A stretch of DNA of 23,504 nucleotides from a candidate division WOR-3 bacterium (GTDB taxonomy: Bacteria > Hydrothermota > Hydrothermia > Hydrothermales > Hydrothermaceae): assembly GCA_039803745.1 (NCBI GenBank), contig JBDRZD010000008.1:1-23504 (forward strand), given 5' to 3'. A program made the translations under genes and the position numbers. Positions within the stretch are counted from its first letter, which is position 1. Every line of letters begins with the position of its first letter. Below are positions 16,640 to 23,504 of the stretch, piece by piece. Under the pieces are notes generated by a model. It was not told where the DNA came from and ran no database searches. It saw only the letters and a list, made by a program, of their open reading frames with translations.

Positions 16640-18057
16640 GGTATATAAAAAATTTATTTTTTTTAATAATTTCCTATTTTTTAAATCTTCTATTAAATTT
16701 TTTTATTCTCAAAATTCTTACCAATTCTTTAAATCCTGAAAAAGTAGGAGTCTATTTCACCTATTTAGGCGGTTCCCTTATATTTTCTCAAATTCTTATA
16801 ATGGGATTACCTTTTGTTTTTACAAGATTTATACCTTATTGGGAAGAAAAAAAAGAGAATGAAAAAATATTTTCTTTAATTAACTTTTTTATATTCTTTT
16901 ATTTTTCTATTTTGTTATTCTCCATTTTTATAATAAATTCTCTAAGATTTGGAACAAAGAATTTAGTGCTCCTTTCAGTTCTCACAACCTTTTTGTTATC
17001 TTTCCTTTCAATTCAAAACTCAATTTTTAATTCCTTTAGAAAGATGGAATACTCTTTTATTATTAATTTTTTATACCTTTTTTTATTTTCCCTTTCTATT
17101 TTTTTTATCCGTAAGAAATTAACAGTGGAAAAAATTTTTATTCTGCAATCTTCTTCTTTAATCATTACCATTTTTTTTGGTTTATTTTTATTTTTTCCGT
17201 TTAAAAAATTTAACCTTAAGAGATTTTTAAATGTTTTTGAAGAAATTAAGGGTTTTTGGAAAATTTCATTTTTACTTCATTTTTTGTCACCATTTTTTGA
17301 TTATATGGATAGAATCATAATCGCTCTTTTTTCAGGCTTTACAGATGTTTCCCTTTTTACTTCCATGAAAAAGATAATTCAACCTGTAAGACAGATTCTC
17401 AATTATCCAGAGGAGGCAATGGCTCCTGAGATATCCGCAAAGATACCAAATTTTGAGAAAGTTTTTATTCCTTTTAATATTTTAAGGAAAATGCTTTCCA
17501 TTTTCTCTTTACATTTTTTCTTCCTATTTATAATATTTGGCAGAGATATTATAATTTTGATAACTAATTCTTTTTATACAAAGGCTTATCCTGTTCTTTT
17601 AATTCTTTTATTCAGAATTTTTATAAATGCCCTTTATTCACCTTATCTTTTACTTTATAGATCTTATGGAAACATAACCCATTTCTTTTATTCTGATCTT
17701 CTTTGGGTTATTTCTTTTTTAATTTTTTCTTATCCTTTGATCAAATGTTTTGGTATTATTGGTATTTCTTTACTTTATGTTTTTTCCACTTCACTTGTTC
17801 TTTTTATAAATTACTTTTTATTTTTGCCAAAATATGAAAAAAAAATTAAAGATACTTTTTTAGAAGTATTCATTTCCTCTTTATCAACCATTTTATCCTT
17901 TACTTCATTAATCTTTTTCCTTTTCTATAAAAACACTTTTTTTTCAATTTTTCTATTTTATCTTTTATTTGTGCTCCTTTCCTTTATATTTAAACCCCTC
18001 AATAAATCAGAGGTTGAGTATATAAAAAATTATTTAGAAAAATGGAAAAGAAGATAA
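16636..18057 (+). CDS. Oligosaccharide flippase (Wzx/MOP superfamily)
   Basis: About 12-14 TM segments; LTNSLNPEKVGVY and MDRIIIALF motifs; TTG start overlapping the PHP stop. Confidence 0.8.
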   Translation: MRYIKNLFFLIISYFLNLLLNFFILKILTNSLNPEKVGVYFTYLGGSLIFSQILIMGLPFVFTRFIPYWEEKKENEKIFSLINFFIFFYFSILLFSIFIINSLRFGTKNLVLLSVLTTFLLSFLSIQNSIFNSFRKMEYSFIINFLYLFLFSLSIFFIRKKLTVEKIFILQSSSLIITIFFGLFLFFPFKKFNLKRFLNVFEEIKGFWKISFLLHFLSPFFDYMDRIIIALFSGFTDVSLFTSMKKIIQPVRQILNYPEEAMAPEISAKIPNFEKVFIPFNILRKMLSIFSLHFFFLFIIFGRDIIILITNSFYTKAYPVLLILLFRIFINALYSPYLLLYRSYGNITHFFYSDLLWVISFLIFSYPLIKCFGIIGISLLYVFSTSLVLFINYFLFLPKYEKKIKDTFLEVFISSLSTILSFTSLIFFLFYKNTFFSIFLFYLLFVLLSFIFKPLNKSEVEYIKNYLEKWKRR

Positions 18058-19196
18058 ATTTCTCTTTTTTCCTTTTCTTTTGTGCCTTGATTTTATTCTT
18101 AAAAAGTTTATTTTCAGGAATTTTTAATTTTGAAATGGGTGATTTGAAGTCTATATTTTTAACTTCAAAAGTTTTATTTTCTCCTTTTAAAAATGAACTC
18201 TGTAAAATTCCTGTTTCTTTTTCAGAGGAGTTTAAAAATTGGTTAAATTTTGAAGGATTTAAGCCTGATGAAATTTTTGATATACCGATAGTTTATCATC
18301 CCTTTGTTAATGTTCTTTTTTATCCTTTAATTTTTATTCCCTACAAATTTGTAATGTTTATTTTTACATTTTTATACATTTTCCTCCTTTTTAAAATTTT
18401 TAAAAAATACAATTTCAATTTAAATTTTGTATCCTTTTCATTGATCTATTTCCCTATAAGGGAGATATTTTTATCAGGTGCTTTTGATTTAATTTCAATT
18501 TTTATAATTACTCTTTTATTATCTTTTAAAGATGAAAAATTTAAGGGTTTCTTTATTGCTTTTGGACTTATTTTAAAACCCCAGTTTTTCTTCTTATTGC
18601 CTCTTTATTATTTAATCAAAAAAAGATTTAAAGTTTTAATTTTTGCCTCTCTATTTTATTTTATTTTTTCAATTTTCCCAATTTTAATTTTTGGTAAAAA
18701 TATATTAACTCTTTATATTCAAAATCTTTTATTTTATTCAAAAAATATAGTTCTCTCCTGTGAAAATATTTCCTTACAGTCCTTTTTAGCAAAAATTTTG
18801 AGCATTGCTCCTTTTGTAAGTTCCCATAAACTTTATTTACTTTCTGAAAAATTCATTATTTTTATAAGGATTCTGAGTTTATTTTTTTTAATAATAACAA
18901 TTTACTTATGGACAAAACAAAAAGAGGAATTCAAGAATATTTTTTTTGGAATATTTACGGGTTTTCTAATTTCTCCCCTTTTCTGGCTTCATTATTTAGC
19001 AATTACAATTATTCTCCTGCCTTTAATTTATGAAGAAGACATGATTTTCAAATTTCTTTTTATTTCAGGAATTTTTCTTACTGCTATTTCACCAAGACCA
19101 TTTTTTACCGATTTCATAAATTCCCTTTATCTATTTATTGGAATGATTTTAATTTATTTGAGTATAATTTATATAATGTTTAAAGATAAAAAATGA
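18042..19196 (+). CDS. Glycosyltransferase family 87 (DUF2029)-like, GT-C fold membrane glycosyltransferase
   Basis: Periplasmic-loop GD, YHPF (YPP-like), LILKPQ, ENISL, ISPLFWLHY (SPxxWxHY); multi-TM. Confidence 0.8.
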   Translation: MEKKINFSFFLFFCALILFLKSLFSGIFNFEMGDLKSIFLTSKVLFSPFKNELCKIPVSFSEEFKNWLNFEGFKPDEIFDIPIVYHPFVNVLFYPLIFIPYKFVMFIFTFLYIFLLFKIFKKYNFNLNFVSFSLIYFPIREIFLSGAFDLISIFIITLLLSFKDEKFKGFFIAFGLILKPQFFFLLPLYYLIKKRFKVLIFASLFYFIFSIFPILIFGKNILTLYIQNLLFYSKNIVLSCENISLQSFLAKILSIAPFVSSHKLYLLSEKFIIFIRILSLFFLIITIYLWTKQKEEFKNIFFGIFTGFLISPLFWLHYLAITIILLPLIYEEDMIFKFLFISGIFLTAISPRPFFTDFINSLYLFIGMILIYLSIIYIMFKDKK

Positions 19197-20311
19197 TAAT
19201 AATTTTAAGTCCCTGGGAATATGACTGGGATGAAAATGTTTTTGGTAGCCCAAACAATTATTATCTTTTAAAAGAATTTTTGAAAAATGATATAGAAGTT
19301 GAATGGGTTTATATTGGTGAAAAAGAATATGATAGTATAAAAAGGGTTAGATTTTTAAGAATTCCTGCTTATAAAATTAAAAGACCCGCTCGCTTTTATT
19401 ATAAAATTTTAAATCAAATTGTTTTTAATTTTTTAAAAAAATTGAAAAAAGATTATAAAATAATTATTGTTTTTTCAAGCAATTTATATGAGGCAGGATA
19501 CAGATTTGCAAAAGAAAGGAATATAAAACTTGTGAATAAACATTTTGGCATTCCCTTTAATCCCTATTTAAAAAATATGAATAAATTTTTGATAAGATGG
19601 AAATATCATATTTTTTTAAATTGTTTTAAGAAAAGGGCTGATTATTATGTTATGGAAGACGATGGTTCCGGGATAGAAAAATTAATTTCTTTTTTTAAAA
19701 TTCCCTCTGACAGGGTTTTAATAAATATTCAACCAAAACCAGATGAAATAATTTTTGATCCCATTTATAAAAAAGAAAATTTTATAAATGTTGGTTTTTG
19801 TGGAAGATTTGAAAAGGACAGAGGTTTTGATTATTTTTTAAAAATATGTGAGGGTATAAAAGATATGGATAGAATTCATTTAATAGTGGCAGGAAAAGGA
19901 AGTGGAGTTAAAAAATTGGAGAAGTTGAAGGAGAAGATGAGAGAAAAATTAACTTATATAGGTTCTCTTCCTTATTTTATGATGTATAAATTTTATTCAT
20001 CAATAGATATTCTTATAAATACAACTCCCCATGCAAATATTACAAGACCTGTAGTTGAAGCCTTTTCTTATGGTAAGCCTGTCCTTTCTTTTGATGTAAC
20101 ACCCTATACCATTATAAAAAATAGGGAAAATGGTTTTTTAATAAAGCCTTATAAAATTGAAGAATTTATAAATTGTATAAAAAATCTTGCTCAAAATAAA
20201 GATTTATTAAAAACTCTTTCTGAAAATGCTTTTAGAACTTCCTTAAAGATTCCAAAATTTTCTGAAAACATGAAAAAAGAGGTTGAATTTTATAAGAGTA
20301 TTTTATTATAA
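19193..20311 (+). CDS. Glycosyltransferase family 4 (GT-B)
   Basis: FCGRFEKDRG, IVAGKG, VVEAFSYGKPVL, IIKNRENGFLI. Confidence 0.88.
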   Translation: MIIILSPWEYDWDENVFGSPNNYYLLKEFLKNDIEVEWVYIGEKEYDSIKRVRFLRIPAYKIKRPARFYYKILNQIVFNFLKKLKKDYKIIIVFSSNLYEAGYRFAKERNIKLVNKHFGIPFNPYLKNMNKFLIRWKYHIFLNCFKKRADYYVMEDDGSGIEKLISFFKIPSDRVLINIQPKPDEIIFDPIYKKENFINVGFCGRFEKDRGFDYFLKICEGIKDMDRIHLIVAGKGSGVKKLEKLKEKMREKLTYIGSLPYFMMYKFYSSIDILINTTPHANITRPVVEAFSYGKPVLSFDVTPYTIIKNRENGFLIKPYKIEEFINCIKNLAQNKDLLKTLSENAFRTSLKIPKFSENMKKEVEFYKSILL

Positions 20312-20320
20312 TTTTTTAAA

Positions 20321-21232
20321 ATGGAAATAATACTTGAAGAAAACGAAGAAATAATTTCAAGTATAAAGGAGGAAAATTTTCTTTTTTGTAATTATATCTG
20401 GTATAAGACCATTAAAGAAGGAATAAGAGATTTTAAAATTGGTTTTATAAGAAATAAAAATATTATTATGCCATTTGGATATAAGAAAAAAGGAATTTTT
20501 TATTCCATTTATTTTTCACCTTATACTACACCGTATATTTTCAAATTAAAGTTTGATGTTGATTTTATTATAAAAAAATTAAAATTTGTTATTTTTATGG
20601 AAATCGTTGATTTCTGTAAAGTCTTGGAGGAAAATAGAAATTTAATAAGAATAAAAAATTTTTATCATAATATAAATTTAAAAAAGGAAATTTTTGAGAT
20701 TGAAAAAAATTATAAAAAATCTTTAAGAGAACAAATAAGGCAGGCAAAGAGAAAGGGGGTTTCCTTTAGAGAAATGGAAGAAAGGGATCTTTTTGATTTT
20801 TATAAAATATATGAAAAACTTATGAGAATTAAATACAAAAAATTTCCTTCCTTACCATTTTCTTTAATTTCAAGCATATATAAGAATTTATTTCCTGAAT
20901 GGGCAAATGGATTTGTTGCAGAAATAGACGGGAAAATTAAAAGTGCTGTTATATGTTTGCACCCTTATAAAAATTTTTCCCTTGCATTTATCCAGGGAAC
21001 AGATCCAGATTATTATTCTTATCGTGTATCATCCTTTATTTTCAGTGAAATTATAAAGTATTACAAACAAAAAAATTTTGAAAAATTTTCCTTTGGTTTA
21101 ACTCCTTCAGGAAGTTCCGGGACTTCATTTTTTAAAGAAAGCTTTGGATGTGAAAAAGAAGAAGTTTATATTTATAGGTTCATTAATCCTTTTTATAAAA
21201 TATACGAAAAAATCAGGAATTTGAAATTTTAA
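20321..21232 (+). CDS. FemAB/FemX-like GNAT-fold acyl/aminoacyl transferase
   Basis: KKSLREQIRQAKRKGV, FSFGLT...FFKESFG typical of the FemAB/Acetyltransf_6 group. Confidence 0.8.
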   Translation: MEIILEENEEIISSIKEENFLFCNYIWYKTIKEGIRDFKIGFIRNKNIIMPFGYKKKGIFYSIYFSPYTTPYIFKLKFDVDFIIKKLKFVIFMEIVDFCKVLEENRNLIRIKNFYHNINLKKEIFEIEKNYKKSLREQIRQAKRKGVSFREMEERDLFDFYKIYEKLMRIKYKKFPSLPFSLISSIYKNLFPEWANGFVAEIDGKIKSAVICLHPYKNFSLAFIQGTDPDYYSYRVSSFIFSEIIKYYKQKNFEKFSFGLTPSGSSGTSFFKESFGCEKEEVYIYRFINPFYKIYEKIRNLKF

Positions 21233-22241
21233 GCCAACTCTTAAATTTTTCTAATGCTTTTTTTGATAAAAGTGTTTCCTTGGCAAATTCGTAACCTTCT
21301 TTAAAGTCATTAACCCTGTTCATTACATAAAGGGCTGCACTTACATTTGCAAGAACAATCTTTATTGGTGGTGAATCAATTGGTATTTTGCATTCAAGAA
21401 TATCCAACATCATTTTCAGTGCATTTGTTTTTCCCTTAACCTTTATACTTTCAATATTCTTTTCCCTTTTAATTCCAAAATCTTCGGGATAAATTTCAAT
21501 TTCCTTTAATTTTTCATTTTCAATTAAAATTCCATAAGTTTTATCAAATATTGATATTTCATCAAGACCGTCATTGCTCATTAAAACAAGCGCCTTTTTT
21601 ATACCAATTTCCCTGATTGCCTCACTTACAGGTTTTAGAATTCTTTTTTCATTTACTCCCATAAGTCTATGGGTTATATTTACAGGATTTGCAAGTGCGC
21701 CAATTATATTAAAAGTTGTAATAACACCCAGTTGTGCTCTTATTTTTGCCACTCTTCTTGCCATTGGATGATATAAAGGAGCATATAAAAATCCTATTCC
21801 TTCTTCCTCAATTGATTTTTTAACTATTTCAAATGGTGTATTTAAATTATAACCTGCCTTTGAAAGCAAATCTGCACTTCCACATGTGCTCGTCATTTTC
21901 TTACTTGAATGTTTTGCTACACAAACCCCACATGCTGATAAAATAAAGGATGCTATTGTGCTTATATTAATTGTATTTGAATAATCTCCTCCTGTTCCGC
22001 ATATGTCAATTATTTCTTTATGATTTTTTATATCTAATTTTTTGGAATAATCTTTCATACATTTTGATAATGCGAAAAGTTCCTCGCTATTTTCTCCTTT
22101 CATCCTTAGAGCAATTAAAAATCCCGCAATCTGTGAAGATGGAGAATTTTTTGTTAAGAATTTCTCAAAGACTTCATAACATTCATTGTAATTTAAACTT
22201 TCATAGTTTAAAAGTTTTTTTAATATCTTTTGAACCTGCAA
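21213..22241 (-). CDS. trpD: Anthranilate phosphoribosyltransferase (divergent, orphan)
   Basis: QIAGFLIALRMKGE, DICGTGGD, NIST, GSADLL, FLYAPLYHP, FNIIGALANP, GLDEIS. Confidence 0.88.
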   Translation of the reverse strand: MQVQKILKKLLNYESLNYNECYEVFEKFLTKNSPSSQIAGFLIALRMKGENSEELFALSKCMKDYSKKLDIKNHKEIIDICGTGGDYSNTINISTIASFILSACGVCVAKHSSKKMTSTCGSADLLSKAGYNLNTPFEIVKKSIEEEGIGFLYAPLYHPMARRVAKIRAQLGVITTFNIIGALANPVNITHRLMGVNEKRILKPVSEAIREIGIKKALVLMSNDGLDEISIFDKTYGILIENEKLKEIEIYPEDFGIKREKNIESIKVKGKTNALKMMLDILECKIPIDSPPIKIVLANVSAALYVMNRVNDFKEGYEFAKETLLSKKALEKFKSWLKISNS

Positions 22242-22247
22242 TTTAAA

Positions 22248-22994
22248 TTATTCTTCCATAAATATATCTTTCAATTCTTCCTTTTCATATCCTTTTGGAA
22301 TTTGAATTAATGAAGGGGGTATTTCTCCTTTATTTATTGAAATTGCCTGGGTTCTATAAATCTCTTCCCCTTTTTCATCATAGGAAATTGATTTTAAAGT
22401 AAAGCCTTCTTCAATTTTTCCAATTATATTTGAAAATCCATATTTATCTTTTATTTTTTCAAATTTTTTGCTTATTTTTTCTGCATCCTCTTTACTTATT
22501 TCTGATGGAACAAATTTTAAGTCAGGTGAAATATAATTCTGTGATTTCATTTTTACAGGATACATTCCCCCTGTTTCTACTTCAACTTCATAAACCTCTG
22601 TATTATATCCCAGTATTTTTTCGCTTCTATCCAGTTTTTTTATATTTATTTTTGGTTGCATCATTTTCATCATCTCTTCCATCATTTTTCTTTGTTCAGG
22701 TGGAATCTCTTCCATTTTTTTCATCATTCTTGAGTGCATTCCTTCTATAAAAGAAATATACTCGTCAATAGTTCCTTCAGCATAGGATTTTTCATCATGG
22801 TCAATTATTCTTATGATTTCTTTTTTAAAGTCAAAAATGAATACATTTTCTTTTGTTTCAAAAACTATTATTCCTTTTGAAATATAAGTATTTGTTGTTT
22901 CTGGCTTTTCATTTTTTTCCTTTTCTTCAAATTTTATAATCCATCCTGCATGGATTATTCCTATTATGCCACATATCCATAAAAGTTTTTTCAT
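22248..22994 (-). CDS. Secreted DUF4412-like protein
   Basis: Signal peptide, IIDHDEKSY, Met-rich linker, EKILGYNTEVYEV, IPPSLIQIPKGY; SD AAGGAGG. Confidence 0.75.
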   Translation of the reverse strand: MKKLLWICGIIGIIHAGWIIKFEEKEKNEKPETTNTYISKGIIVFETKENVFIFDFKKEIIRIIDHDEKSYAEGTIDEYISFIEGMHSRMMKKMEEIPPEQRKMMEEMMKMMQPKINIKKLDRSEKILGYNTEVYEVEVETGGMYPVKMKSQNYISPDLKFVPSEISKEDAEKISKKFEKIKDKYGFSNIIGKIEEGFTLKSISYDEKGEEIYRTQAISINKGEIPPSLIQIPKGYEKEELKDIFMEE

Positions 22995-23009
22995 AAAACC
23001 TCCTTTTAT

Positions 23010-23038
23010 TTGACAATATTTTTATTTTATATTATACT
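23010..23038 (+). promoter_or_regulatory. Near-consensus sigma70 promoter for rpsE
   Basis: TTGACA (23010-23015), 17 bp, TATACT (23033-23038); SD AAGGAG at 23063-23068. Confidence 0.75.
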
Positions 23039-23072
23039 TAAAAACTTAATTTTAACTCAATTAAGGAGAAAA

Positions 23073-23504
23073 ATGTTAGAAGAAAGAGAGGAAAAAGTAT
23101 TTCCAATAGAAAATATAGTAACAATAAAAAGGGTTGTAAAAGTTGTTGCAGGTGGGAGGAAATTCAGGTTTTCTGCATGGGTTGTTGTGGGTGATGGAAA
23201 TGGAACTATCGGAGTGGGGCACGGAAAGGCTGCTGAAACACCTGATGCTATTGAAAAGGCTTTGAGAAGAGCAAGGAAAAATATTAAAAAAGTAATTGTT
23301 ATAAATAAAACAATTCCGCATCCTGTAATTGGAAAATGTGGTGCTTCAAAAGTTCTTTTAAAACCTGCTGCACCTGGTTCAGGGCTTATAGCATGTCAAC
23401 CTGTAAGAAGTGTATTAGAGGCTGCAGGTTATGAGAATGTTCTGACAAAATCTCTCGGCTCAAACAATGCAGTAAATCTAATGAAGGCAACTATGGATGC
23501 TTTA
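23073..23504 (+). CDS. rpsE: 30S ribosomal protein S5 (uS5), truncated by the window end; missed by the ORF track
   Basis: My translation: MLEEREEK...IKRVVKVVAGGRKFRFSAWVVVGDGNG...GKAAETPDAIEKA...LLKPAAPGSGLIA...LTKSLGSNNAVNLMKATMDAL. Confidence 0.97.
   Translation, partial: MLEEREEKVFPIENIVTIKRVVKVVAGGRKFRFSAWVVVGDGNGTIGVGHGKAAETPDAIEKALRRARKNIKKVIVINKTIPHPVIGKCGASKVLLKPAAPGSGLIACQPVRSVLEAAGYENVLTKSLGSNNAVNLMKATMDAL

Noticed and set aside
21574..22750. Plus-strand ORFs over trpD and the DUF4412-like gene
   Set aside because: Antisense shadows with no recognisable features
23076..23321. 81-aa minus-strand ORF
   Set aside because: Antisense shadow of rpsE

Overview
Very AT-rich, densely packed bacterial chromosomal segment. 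T9SS-type C-terminal domains and a PorV-like barrel suggest an FCB-group lineage such as candidate phylum WOR-3; this is inference only. In order, the window holds: a probably frameshifted TolB/PD40 propeller gene and a PorV-like barrel fragment; a HAD hydrolase; a TolB-like lipoprotein; a large secreted multidomain protein; tRNA-Leu(GAG); a reverse-order SigW/RsiW-like ECF cassette with its own ECF-type promoter; tRNA-Leu(CAA); an RHH regulator plus a TauE/SafE transporter; a 5-formyl-THF cyclo-ligase family gene; comF; hutI; a ~9.5-kb operon (TPR, ExeA-like ATPase, TPR, PHP, flippase, GT87, GT4, FemAB-like GNAT); an orphan trpD; a DUF4412-like protein; and the 5' part of rpsE, which has its own promoter. 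The most interesting observations are four. The RHH regulator and the adjacent TauE share a K[IV]xxRLxxLGY peptide, with an operator-like palindrome between the genes. The ECF cassette has an apparently split RsiW, reversed gene order, and a sigma stop codon lying antisense inside a tRNA. The TPR-ExeA-TPR module is coupled to glycan-modification genes. rpsE is detached from the spc operon. No CRISPR array, integrase or transposase was seen.
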